A stretch of 64,000 bases of DNA from Squalus acanthias (lineage: Eukaryota): positions 175,648,001 to 175,712,000 of the forward strand of contig CM059425.1 of the NCBI GenBank assembly GCA_030390025.1, given 5' to 3'. Shown piece after piece: positions 27,191 to 39,453 of the stretch. Each line of letters opens with the position of its first letter. Within the stretch, counting starts at the first letter, position 1. Below the pieces are notes generated by a model. It did not search any database, was not told the origin of the DNA, and worked only from the letters and a program-made list of their open reading frames with translations. Made by a program: the position numbers and the translations under genes.

Positions 27191-28650
27191 GATTTATATC
27201 ATGTTGTTTTTTTTATTTTGGAGCATAATTCCTACTGCAATCGTTACAATAAATTTGTTATTTCTATTATACCTTTGGTGTATCAGTTATATTAATTTTC
27301 TGAAATTCAGTCTACAAACTGCCAGAAAGATCCTTTAACACAAAAATTTGCCACAACTTCTGAGTTTTGTGACTCTTCTTTTAGTAACCTGGGGATCATA
27401 AATCCACAGCCATGCTGGCGGATTCCCACTGTAATTTCAGCATGAGTCTGCCATAACAGCCAGAAACTAGGCTGGGACCTGGCTACTCTGGGTCCTGACC
27501 TTGCACCCAAATTTCCTGGGGCGGAACATCTATCCGCCCTTTACATATCCATCGGCATAAAGGGGTGGAGACGGCGGACATTGGAGTCTCCGTGCAATGG
27601 GCCTAGTTAGGGACCTGGTGTATGGTGAGCACTGGTACAACTAACCAGGTGGACTGGCCGACCAACTGGTGGTGGTGGGCCCGACTGAGGGGTCCATGCC
27701 AGGATCCTGGTCTGGACACTTGAAGATTAAAATATGTTTTAAAAAAAAAATGATTTTCAGGCATCCTCCTTTCTACAGGGGCCACGAGGTTGGGAAAAAG
27801 TCTCTACTGGGATGGCTCAACACCTCACCTATGCCAGGCTTTCTGACCACTTTAGGGATGGGTGGCTCCCCAGATGCTGTGTACGAATCTTGTGAACTCC
27901 ACCTGATGCCATGAATGTTGGCAGGGTCAGCAACAAAGGTCAGGGTAGGCGCATCTTGGCGCTTATGCTGAGAGGTGCTATCCGTAGATTTTTGGGGCCC
28001 AGTTTTTTCACTGAGGATTTACAGATTACTGTACATTATTGTGATCACAAGTGAACGACAGATCTCACACAAGACAACAAATTGGGACATAAATTTTCAG
28101 ACTCATGCTGCTGTCTCTAATAATTATCTAATTACTGCCATAAGATGGAAAACACAGGGGTTCGGATTAGGATCAGCCCATTTTAGTTGTGGTGGATGCT
28201 TTGGAATGCAATAAATTAAAGTCTTCTGGGGAACTGGAAAATAATTTATGTAAAAACTAATGACCTTGTCATGCCAACTCCCACACTGGGCATTTAAATG
28301 AAGGATGTTATTTTTAGATATAATATATTTATTAAACTAAGTGGCTGGGGGTTGAAATAGTTTAATAATTTTATTAGAGAATGAGCAGAAGAAGGATTTT
28401 GTTGTTCTGTGGTATATTTTACTTCACCTATTTTAATATTTTTCAAGTAAAACCATGTGTTTGTGATTATACCCAGACCATTAACTGTTATTTGTCACTT
28501 ACCGACATCATTTTGAAACCCTCAGTTTTAGTACAAATATTACTCTGAAACCAGCCAATTTGAACTCTAGTGATAAGAATGATCTGACACTGCCTGATAA
28601 TAAAAGTTGAAGTGGACATTGAAATCAAATGTAACAATATTTCTTCAGTA

Positions 28651-28891
28651 ATAAAAACAGAAAATGCTGGAAATACTCAGCAGATCAGGCAGCATCTGTG
28701 GAGAGAGAAACAGAGTTAACGTTTCAGGTCGATGACCCTTCATATTTCTCCCTTTATCTGTTCTGACGAAGGGTCATCGACCTGAAACGTTAACTCTGTT
28801 TCTCTCTCCACAGATGCTGCCTGACCTGCTGAGTATTTCTAGCATTTTCTGTTTTTATTTCAGATTTCCAGCATCCACAGTATTTTGCTTT
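28651..28891. mobile_element. Fold-back mini-insertion of Penelope-like 3' end
   Basis: 92-bp inverted arms (28650-28741 / 28768-28859, 2 mismatches); TSD AATATTTCTTCAGTA (28636-28650, 28892-28906); homologous to 48911-49010. Confidence 0.88.
28760..28794 (+). ncRNA. Minimal type I hammerhead ribozyme motif
   Basis: gtt-CTGACGA-a-GGGTC-atc-GACCT-GAAA-CG-TT-aac. Confidence 0.75.
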
Positions 28892-29599
28892 AATATTTCT
28901 TCAGTATTTATTCTGACAAATTTTATACTAGTTGTCCATCAGATCTGCACTTTAAGATTTAATTGAACTATTATGCCTTTCCTGTCCTCAGTTCTAAAAG
29001 TATAATCTTGCATTTTGGAATAACAGCCCTGAATCCACTTCATGTAGTTTCTTCCAGCCCTCATTATATATCAGGAATGTGGAGGATACCCCATGGTTTC
29101 TGGTTTGATATTGAATATTGAGTGAACCTGACATCAAAACACACTTGTGGCAAGGTTCAAAGTGTAATAACTGGCCAGAATCATGAATAGTATAAATTAT
29201 GTTGGGTAACAGAGAACTGAAACCCAAATCAACCTAATCTGCCCACATGAGTTGTATGATAGGACATCTACAGGAAAATGGGTTTGCTAATTTGAAGAGC
29301 ATTTATTGAACTTCTCCCCATTCAGCAACATTTCTAGACCAACAAACTATTGCACTTCATTTTCCTGACCAAAAAACGATTCCTCAGCACCCCCATCGAA
29401 CTTAGTAAAATCATCTTCAATCTCAACTTGAACTACTCCTCCCAACAGCAGCATTTCCTGAACAAACACTCCCCATCCACTGAATACAGTAGTAGTATCG
29501 CGATCACAGCCCCCCATCATGGGATTCCCATTCTAAGAGATGGTTGTTAGCCTGTTTATAGGGACCTGGACCTCTCTGCTCCAAATCAAAATACCCACA

Positions 29600-29886
29600 A
29601 TGTTTCCTAAATCCCCTACTTTTGTGTCGTCAGAAAATTTTGAGATTAACCTCCCTATGCCCAAAATCCACATCATCTATATATACTGAGAACAAAAGTG
29701 GACCCAGCAATTAACCCCTTGTGTACACCAACCCTTCTCTAGACAGAGCAACACCCATTTACCCCAATTTATTGTTTCCAGTCTATTAATCACATTTCTA
29801 TCAATGCTGCTACATTTCCACATGTACCACACGCCTGAATATTTATAAAAAGCCTCTTGTGAGACACATTGTCGAACACTCTCTGA
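29600..29886 (-). mobile_element. Old CR1 RT fragment
   Basis: 'QRVFDNVSHKRL', 'KFSDDTK'. Confidence 0.7.
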
Positions 29887-30075
29887 GTGGAGTTATACAG
29901 ACACACAGTGGAGTTATACAGACACACAGTGGAGGTATACAGACACACAGTGGAGTTATACAGACACACAGTGGAGTTATACAGACACACAGTGGAGGTA
30001 TACAGACACACAGTGGAGTTATACAGACACACAGTGGAGGTATACAGACACACAGTGGAAGTATACAGACACACA
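29887..30075 (+). repeat. Minisatellite, 9 x 21 bp (GTGGAG[T/G]TATACAGACACACA)
   Basis: Nine contiguous units with no spacers. Confidence 0.95.
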
Positions 30076-30623
30076 GGCCTGAATTTTCCTGTTGCCAAGC
30101 GTATGGGTTTGGGGGTGGGTCGGCAGTAAAAATCCCCGAAATAGCGAGCGCATTGGGAACCTGTCGTCATCCCGTCACCTTGCGTGTTTAACTCGGACGG
30201 CTTTGAAGGCGTGACACGGACCTGATCGACAGAGGCGTGCTACCTCATTGAAATCATTAAGTGCTTGTTGAGAGACCCTTAAGAGTGATTTTAATGCCAG
30301 CTTTTGACTTTAACTGCAGGAGCACGGGATTCAAGGAGGTTGGGTACCTCACCTGTGAAGGGGAGGCGGAAGCTCAGTGTCCATTGGCGAGTTCATTCAT
30401 TGACAGCTGGGAAAAGCAGATAAATACTCCTACGTTACACCTCATTACTTGCCTCATGGAAAGGCTCTTGCTGACTCCATTTTGTCCACAGATTTGGGTG
30501 TCTGCAGCTTGCAGGTCATTTTTGAAACCTCGGAAGCTACTCTCACCGCGTTGCTACTCACTATCACAACATTGAGGGATTGTCCCTCTGATCTCCACTT
30601 TACCTGCCATCTACTACATCAGC

Positions 30624-31814
30624 ATGGGTGCCGCTTATACTGTCTCACCTTGGTCCTCAGAATCGGACCAAGATGAGCCCTACCACCAACAACACCAGCC
30701 ACACCAGCAGCAATAGCAGCCTTCTCCTCAACTACCTGATGCTCCACAGGAGGTGGGGGAGCACCACAGTGCTGCAGCGCACTGGAGGTGATACCCCCAA
30801 CACAGGGTATACAGGCAGAGAATGAGCTTCCTCAACATGACTGAGCAGCAGTGCTTCAGGAGGCTCAGGATATCGCGCCAGGTCGGTGCAGACATTTGTA
30901 GCTTGCTGGAACAAGACCTTCTGCCCAGAGGTCCTGGTGGACACGCCTTACCAGTGGCTGTCAAAGTCACCACCACCCTCAACTTCTTCGCCTCAGGCTC
31001 CTTCCAGGGATCTGCAGCAGACAATTGCGGGATCTCACAGTCGGCCGCCCACAGATGCATCACCCAGGTGACCGATGCCATGTTTCACAAGTCCACAAAT
31101 TATATCAACATTGCCACTGAGGAAGCCAGTGTTACTGAGCGGCCGTACAGCTTTGCGGCTCTAGCTGGCTTCCCACAGGTGCAGGGCATCATCGACTGCA
31201 CACATGTGGCCATCAAGGCACCCGATCACCCAGGAGTATTTGTGAACTGCAAGGGCTTCCATTCACTCAATGTGCAGCTCGTCTGCAACCATAAAAAGAT
31301 GATTATGCATGTGTGCACCAGATTCCCTGGCAGCTGTCATGACTCTTTCATTCTGCGCCAGTTCACCCTCCCTCAGCTCTTCACACCTCCGGACAGACTT
31401 ACTAGCTGGCTGCTTGGAGACATGGGCTATCCACTGAAGATGTGACTCATGACACCCTTGAGGACACCAAGTACTGAGGCCAAGGAGCGTTATAATGAGA
31501 GCCACATCTCCACCAGATATGTCATAGATCAAGCAATAGGCATGCTGAAGATGCGCTTCAGATGCCTTGACAGATCTGGAGGTGCACTTCAGTACGCACC
31601 AGCCAGGGTCTCCAGAATCATCGTCATCTGCTATGCACCGTACATCATAACACAGCAGTGAGGATTGGAGCTGCAGGAGGAGCAAGGCGCACAGCTCACA
31701 GCCTCTTCAGAGGAGGAGGAGGAGGAGGAACCTGAGGTGGAGATGGCACCAGCAGCGGCGCACATTATTGCCCGGGAGGCCTGGGATGGCCTCATCATGG
31801 CCAGAATTACTTAA
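30624..31814 (+). pseudogene. Harbinger DDE transposase (HARBI1-like) with premature stops at 31443 and 31659
   Basis: 'FFASGSFQ', 'GIIDCTHV', 'KGFHSLNVQ', 'PGSCHDS', 'LLGDMGYP', 'IGMLKMRF'. Confidence 0.92.
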
Positions 31815-32049
31815 CTTGCTCCAATGCAGCCACATGGCTGCCACATGCTGTACTAAGTACCGTACCCCCCCACAACACCACCACAAAGCAGCCCTACAAT
31901 GACCAAGCCATTCCTCTCATCCAAAGCCCCAATGTTCGAGGTTAAGTAATGCCTCACCATTCACAAAGTGACAAAACCCAAAAGTGGTGCAAAGAAAAAC
32001 ATTTACGTGTGTCATCAAAATAACCGAAACTTAACACTAACATTTGTTG

Positions 32050-33943
32050 ATAAACCTACGTGCATACTCTTGTGCATCTACTTTTGTGTCATTTTTTGTT
32101 TGCAACTGCTTCTACGAGGTGCTACCCGTGTGGCTTTAGCAGAGGTAGAGGCACCTGCTCACTTCCCTGCTGTGACTCGTTAGACACTTTTGGTGGATGC
32201 CCTCTGGATTTTGGAGCCTGTGAGGGCCCCGCCAAAGACTGCTCCTCTTGCAACTGTGCAGGGGCAGACTTGGCCATCGGGATCTGAGGAAACACGTAGA
32301 GTTCTGACTGAGGGGGAGGCAAAGGGGGAGAAGTGGGAGCACTTTGAGAAGAGCCCCCACTTCCATGTCCCCTCTCACCATCATCCCTCTCATGGGCCAC
32401 CTGCAATTACCTACTAGCAAGGAACTGGAGAGCACCTTGCTGCACAGCAGTGGGGCAATGAACGTCCAAGTCTATGTTTACATCCCTCCTACAGAGGAGG
32501 TCTATGAGCGTCTGCCATCTGTTGTTCACAGCTAGCATGTGCTCATGTGAGTGGCGCATTAGCTGCTCCATGCAGGTGGCCATCCTTTCCATGGAAGAGC
32601 ACATCGTCACCATCGCCTGCGACATGGTGGTGCTCATGTTGGAGATGGACTCCTCCATTCTCTGCATATTTGCAGACATCACGGCTGCAAAAGATGCCAG
32701 AGCCTCCTGCAATTGTTGCTGCCCCTCCAAGATCACCCTCTTTGTCAATGGCCCCTGAGGCTCAGCGTCTACTTGCAGCTCAGCAGAGCTTGGAGTGTCC
32801 TGCGCCATCCGGTGAGGAGTCTCCACTGCTGTCCCGGTCAACACCACCTGCTCTTGCTCACTTGTGAATTGTGAGACATCAGGTGACAGCTCTACACTAT
32901 GGCGTAAAGGGCCCACCAAGGTGTGCGTATCTGCGCTGGTGCTGGGTGTGCTTGGTTCTGCTGACGGTGCACCCTCAGAGGCTGGAAGCTCCTCTGAAGA
33001 GTTGTCTTCCTCCTCCAGCTCGACAGTGGGGGCATGGGGGGTGGGGTGTGGGGGGAGGGGGGGGTGGCATTTGATGGACCTGTGGGAGAGTAAAGAGATG
33101 AATTAGAAGTGTCATAATAAGAATGGGTAACGCAACCATTATGCACATGATAACATTTCACTGGCTGCTGACATCAGTTACCATACGGGTGACTGCTGTA
33201 TGACATGTTGCTTTATGAGGTGTGATTCTGTCACCAGGTTGCTGGGATGTGCCCCTCTCTCCGTCTCCCACCGCCAGCATCTGTCCAACTCCCGAGATCT
33301 CCAGAGGCCCCTCCTCTGCTGCTGTTAGTTGGGTGAAGACTGGAGGGCCACCTCTGGTTCTCTGTCTCTACCACGTGTTCTGGGCTCTTTTCTCCTGCAA
33401 GGAGGGAAAGAAAAGTTTGAGTGAGAGTGATAGAATGAGTGTAAGGAATGGATGGGTTACATCTGTAGAGGGTGACTATGAGGGCGTGGGGTGCCAATGC
33501 CTTGCGTGTTGTTAGCTGCTATAATTGCATTAGGCTGAGGGTGAGTGTGAGGGGTGGTTAGTCAGATGGGGATGTGAGTATGTACATGGGTGGACGTGCA
33601 AGGTATGTTGGTGTGAGGAATGATGTGCAGAAGTAGGCTTGGGAAGGCAGAGTGATGGGGATGTGTTAACAGGCACATCAGGATGAAGGTGAGTGTGGCT
33701 TTGCACTCACCTTTCCTGACCTCATGAGATCATTGAATCGTTTCCTGCACTGGATCCCGGTCGTCCTCACCATATCCCTGCTGCTGACCTCCTGAGCTAT
33801 ATCCAACCAGACTTGCTTGGTCTCATGTGGACCTCCCTGTGTGGTCTGACTGCCTCCATCAGAGTATGCAGGGATGAGTCTGAAAAGCGTGGTGCAGCCT
33901 TTGGCTGTCCATCCTTGCTACTTTATAACAGGACTCAGGCCAT
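32050..33943 (-). pseudogene. Harbinger Myb/SANT gene, 3 exons (~33943-33711, 33394-33235, 33079-~32050), frameshifted
   Basis: 'IQCRKRFNDLMRSGK|gtgagt', 'cag|EKRAQN…TRGGPP'; exon 3 aligns with H2 exon 3. Confidence 0.82.
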
Positions 33944-35159
33944 TGTTTGTCAGGTTCCACCTTCCGCCAGCAACCTTCAAATGAGTTCAGTGCAAGGCTG
34001 CTTTAAATATGGGCGCTGGAAACGAGTCATCGATGATGCCATCAGACCCGCACCATTTAATAGGGCCGGGAAACGCGCATGAGTCTTTCAATGGGGCCAT
34101 TAAGTTAAAGTTGCTCTGAGGAACGTGCTGCTCAGAACATCGCGTTCGCAACCTGCTACGCGGCCCGCACGCACCTGACCCGACTCCAAGGTAAAAATTC
34201 CGGCCACAGAGTACCAGAGGGGAGCAATTACTTTGCAGAGACAGCGCATAGCTGAAGACCTCTGTAGCCTTATTTCTGTGAGCTGCTTCCTGAGTATCCT
34301 GAACTGTGTCGGAGCCGTGTGAAGCTGCTGCAACATTCCTGGGTTATGTCGGACAGGTGCTGCCAATGCGTCCTTACAGGCACAAAGCATTAGCCCTGAC
34401 CATACTAATGACTCTATTCTCACAATTTGAGACAGAGTCTGCATTCCCTGGAACTCGGCAGATTTAGGCCCTGCTCCACCACACACCGGCGGAGCGCAGC
34501 CATCGGAATTTCAACCCCGTAGATAGCACTTCTGGGACAGCAGAGCTTGTTTTACTGTGCCATTATCAGGGGAGTCCTGAAGTGATGTTGCTGTTTCAAA
34601 TATTTCATCAGTTTGTCTGCCCAACAGGTCTTTGTCATCACAAGGTAACCTTCAGAAGCTGAAGCTGCAGATCATAAGAAAGATCAAAATGTGCAGCCAA
34701 GGCAGATACTGAAACAGGATTCCTCGAGTGTCTGGTTACATTCCAGTATCTAGGACACTGATAGCATCCTGCTCGTGCTGGATCGATGAAGTTTACGAGA
34801 GGTCCTCTGCCAGAGATAGTCTATTCCCAAAAACAATTATTTATCCTGACCAGAGTCTCAAGCTGGGATGCCCTCTGGCCCAAGAACTGGTTTCAGTTAG
34901 ATTTCCGCCCGCCCATGTCACAATGAGGCTACAGCGATTTTAACCACCGGGCCTCATTAACACACTGTTGACCGACTACTGACCTTTTAGCTAATCTGAA
35001 TGATTCAGCTAACCCTCCCCCCCCGTATTTCATGGGTTTCAGGTACAATACAAGGATTGGGATTGACTGATTATCTAGAGCAAGGCATCTGAATCATCAA
35101 TTTTTATAGTCATCTAATGGGCCTGTGAGCTTGCTTTTGTGATGCTTTAGTGAATCTAT

Positions 35160-35806
35160 AGCCCAATTTCAACCCATCCCACTTGGCACAAATGGGGCGG
35201 GCAGGCAGTTAAAATGGAAGGAGTGGTTCACGCCGTGTTCCCACCCCACACCATTTTAATTGCTGGGGTTCTGGCAGCGTGGAGGCCGCCCACCCAGCCA
35301 GGTGGGGGCCTAATTAAAATGGGAACATTGCGACCTGATGATGTCAATGGCGCCGCAACGCGAGTTTAATTCTGGGGTTTGGGAGGCCCACATGGTGCCG
35401 AAACCAGCAGCAAAAGCTGGCAGGAATCAGCATCGGCCAGAAGAGGTCCAGGTAAGTTGTTCGTTCTTAGATTTTCTTAAGGTTTCTTAAGTGCTCCTCC
35501 TGGCCCAACAAGGAAACCTTGAGCCTTCTCTCCCCCAAGCTTTCTCTCTCCCCTTCTCCGTCCGCGATTGGCCCAGATCTCCTACCTCACTTTGCCGGGG
35601 ACCTTTCCCACCAGTCTCTGGCAGCACAGCCTCCCGCCTGATTTCCCACTCCTGTTCATTGGCTCTTAAATCATTCCTGTTGGCTTCGGGCAGGAGGCAG
35701 TGGAGAGAAATGTAAATGAGTCCCGGGTTTTAAAATACCGAGGAGTCTTGGGGGTTTCCCCTGCGTCCTACCAGCCCCCAACATGCCCCCAGTTAAAATC
35801 AGGGCT
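35160..35806. mobile_element. Probable Harbinger-type MITE
   Basis: Imperfect TIRs AGCCCAATTTCAAC / GTTAAAATCAGGGCT; flanking TAT/TAT. Confidence 0.6.
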
Positions 35807-36034
35807 TATATATCTGATGTATCCATTTTGTGGTGCTCTGTTTTCCCCAGTGTCTGGGAACCTGATGTAGCCAATGCTCTGGCGATCCTCTGTCTTTCCA
35901 CATCTATGACTTTTTTCCCAGGCTCTTGATTCAGATTTCGATTTCAGATAATTCCAATCAAGATTCAAAGTCTAAGTTGATCTGAATGCTCATCTCTACT
36001 TGGTAGCTCCATTGTATAAGTTTCAAAATACTTA

Positions 36035-36805
36035 GGGGCCGAAATTCAGTCGGTTAGCGCCCCCAGTTAGCACCTGGCGGGGGCGCTAATGGGCCGCTCA
36101 GGCAGTAGCGCCGCGGTGGGGCGAATCCCGCGTCGCACAGCAAATCCGCCAGCCCCGTAGTACTGGCGATCACAGTTAGCATCTCGGTCCCTTTCGCCAT
36201 GCAGATCGTGACATCAGCGCGTGTGCAATGCTCGCTAGGCGCCCGATCTGCAAACTTCAGCAGCGCCCCTGCCTTACCGCCTTGTGCCGACAGCGCCAGG
36301 GAGTGGAGACGTGAACCAGCTGGCTAGCGGCTGGCGGGGCGCTACTTAAAGGGATGCGCCCCAGCTGTTAAGGAACTTCCGTTCCAAAGGTCAGTTATGA
36401 GTGGCAGAGAGCGCAGGATGTATTTGCAGCCAAATAAAGGCTGCTTAGTCCCCGGAGTGTTGCGGGTTGTCAAAGCACATTGCATTTCATCTCATAGCAT
36501 ATCACCGTTCTGCACTCCCCGAATCATTGGGGGCTGGTGTGCAGACTCCAGTGACCCTCCCTTTTAATGGCTGGAAGGCGCCTGTGCCAATGCTCACTCC
36601 CGATTACACAACACCTGATATTCATTATCGCTTGGAGCCTAACGCCACTCACCTACACCATTAGCGCCTGATTTAGCGCTCCCCTGCATTCTTTGAGAGC
36701 TGAGACTGAATTTAGTTGGCAGCGAGATTGATTAGCGCCTGGTGCTAAATTTCCAACTTCTCAAAAGTTAGTGCCCCTTCCTGGGCACTACTGAATTTCT
36801 CCCCC
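36035..36805. mobile_element. Harbinger-type MITE
   Basis: TIRs GGGGCCGAAATTCAGT / ACTGAATTTCTCCCCC (14/16); TSD TTA; repeated TTAGCGCC motifs. Confidence 0.88.
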
Positions 36806-38284
36806 TTAAGATATTTATGGATAATGCACTGTCATTACCATCTCCCGACTGTAGTCGGAACAGGAGTACAAGATAATCAGCCAAGTCAGTGGTGTGAGAG
36901 GAATTTAAGAATTTACACTATCAAAGGGAGGACTGATGGATAAAAATGTGATACATGACCCAGTGATCTGTGATTCATTGTTCTTTACTCCATCACCTCA
37001 CTTCTGACTGATTCACACTTGGCCATGTATTGTTCCTCTGGATTATGTAGTAGAAATAGTGCATACTTAAAAATCCTTCATTGGTATTTCAACATAAAAA
37101 CAGCAAATTTGGTTGTATGGCTTTTATTTATTCAATTGATTTTTCAGATGTGCAAGTCAGTTATATTGAATGGAAAAATATTGATAAGTTTTTCATTTGG
37201 TGGTTATTATAACAAAATGTAGGTCACCTTATTTATTCGAGCGAATGGATTTATTAGAAGCGAGTGCTGGTAAATTTAAATGCACAGATTTCTTCTCTAT
37301 ACTAAATCATAAACTTGTTCTTTATAAATGGGATTACTTCTCTCATCATTCTTAAAACTCAAAAGATTTCATTACTTCATCCCATCCACCATGAGCCCAT
37401 TCCCCCCCCCCCCCCGCAGTATACAGTTTGATTCAGATCAGGTCTCATGAGAGATTAAACAGAGACGATGGACCTGACCTCAGTTTTATTTGCTTGATTA
37501 TAATGGGACAGCATTACTGAGCAAGCCTTCATTCCTCAATTAAAAGATCTCTATTGGGATCAGGTGACATTACTCACATGAATGAGTCACTTATAATCTT
37601 TAAATAAAGACGCATGTTTTTATTATTCAAATCACATGAACATGAGACATGTTTGTTAATCTGAACTGTGTCTGAGTATCTTGTGTATTTTAACAATTTT
37701 GTGTAGTTTGTTTATATAATAGCACTTTAGAAACATTTCTATTGGAAAGATCTGTTTATATCTTAGGAATAGAAAAAAAGATTTTTGTAAAGTGGAGCAG
37801 CTGTTGTACAACATTTTGACCTTCCAGCATTTTCCTCGTACTTTACAATATAGGTCTTGAAATGTTTTTTGAATAATGAATTTCATTTTCTGAATAAAAT
37901 TGTCTTGAAAATTGTTATTTGCCAGCATATTTAAAAATAAAATTAAAGCAGAATAATAATTAGACTACAATGAATGAATTAAAAAAACAAACATTTTTCA
38001 GCAGCATTTGATAAATTCTGTATTGACAAATTAACAGGGCCTCCATAAAACATGACTACACTTCTGGCTTTGACTTTCTATACTGCGGGAATTTCTGTCA
38101 TTAGTTAAATAGTGAGTTTTCTTTATCTGGCGCACATTAATATTGTTGCTATTAATATGAGTGCCTTCTACTCATGTAGTTTGGTGGTAATGCAATGTGT
38201 AGAATCTTCCAGCCCCAGGATAACCTTTTGTGCATTGGGTTATTCATTCACATTCTTTCTGCTTCTGATGCTAGGACACACTTA

Positions 38285-38851
38285 AGCATCGATTTTAAGC
38301 TGGGGCGTAAGTGCGGCATGCGGACCACAGATTCGTCTGGCCAAAGCAGGGTTAAGCTCGGGAGATTTTAACTCCCGGGCCTCATTTAAATTTCCCAACG
38401 CTGACTCCCGCCCAAAGCTGACAGGGATGATATGGAGGCCATTGTGCAGGAGAGGGAAATTGCACAGTTGTAGGCTGCCATCGGGGATTGAAGGTAATCT
38501 GGGTAGGGGTGGATGCCAGAGCATAAGGTGGCTTTCCTGGCCCACAAGGAACCTTAAAAAAATTAAAAAGAAGGACCTTTTCTGGTCCCGATTCTGTTTG
38601 CTGCCAGCAAGATTCATGCATGTCAGAGTTCAATTGAGGCCGGGATCGAAATTACATCATTGGACCCTGGAATTTGAATATTAATGAGGCCTCCATCTGC
38701 CTGCAGTGGGCAGCCTCGCGCTTCTGAAAACCCAGGAGTTCAAATGGCAGGAGGAGCGAATGTTACCGGGACACTGTAGGTAGTGCCCATCCGTCATTTT
38801 AACCCCCGCACGCACCATTCCCGCTGTGCAGGCAGGGTTAAAATCAGGACT
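38285..38851. mobile_element. Probable Harbinger-type MITE
   Basis: Imperfect TIRs AGCATCGATTTTAA / TTAAAATCAGGACT; TSD TTA. Confidence 0.7.
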
Positions 38852-39194
38852 TTAGTGTCTGAAGAATAATGATAATCATTGCAATTCACAGTTCAGCTTA
38901 AATTTAATATGTAATGTCATTACATTAAATCAGTACAATGGACACTTAATTTCATGAAAATTCAAACAGCAACCTTCTCCCACTTTAGACATTGAATAGC
39001 AGGAGCACAGCACTGAGCTTCTTTTGAGCAGCTACGTTTCTGAGCTTGATTTAGAGAGACTTGTGATTTACCACTATGAAAATCTACAGCTCAGATGAAA
39101 AGATCATGATGTGGAGATGCCAGCGTTGGACTGGGGTGGACAAAAATGAGAAGTCGCACAACACCAGGTTATAGTCCAACAGATTTATTTAATT

Positions 39195-39233
39195 TTACAA
39201 GCTTTCGAAGCAGTTCGCTCCTTCGTCAGGTAA
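39195..39233 (-). ncRNA. Minimal hammerhead ribozyme motif in 3' pLTR
   Basis: ttac-CTGACGA-a-GGAGC-gaact-GCTTC-GAAA-GC-TT-gtaa. Confidence 0.75.
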
Positions 39234-39453
39234 GTTAGCAATGAGAGAATCTCCCAGAATTCACAATTTAAACCCAGACAAAATCTATTCACATTATTCC
39301 CTACAACAAAGAGCACAGCCAAGACAATGAGATGTGTCCCAGGGGGTCCAACGTGTCAAACCACCTGCTGGCTGCATATCCTGTCAATTTGTGTTCTTGT
39401 GTTAGTCTTTTTAAAAAAAAAAAACACCTGGGAAGACCGGCCATGATGTCAAG

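Larger units (their letters stand above)
30076..34205. mobile_element. Full-length PIF/Harbinger transposon H4 (both genes, disabled)
   Basis: TIRs GGCCTGAATTTT / AAAATTCCGGCC (11/12); TSD ACA; convergent transposase and Myb gene. Confidence 0.92.

Noticed and set aside
28994..29550. Short ORFs in non-repetitive-looking DNA
   Set aside because: No recognisable motif or convincing splice signals
29887..30075. CRISPR-like array
   Set aside because: Units are contiguous with no unique spacers, there are no cas genes, and the context is vertebrate; it is a minisatellite
30822..31661. Domesticated HARBI1 gene
   Set aside because: Has stop codons, an apparent E>D change at the last catalytic position, and lies between TIRs with a TSD
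34206..34520. GC-rich segment ending in TIR-like GGAATTTCAACCCC
   Set aside because: No partner TIR could be identified, so it is left unclassified
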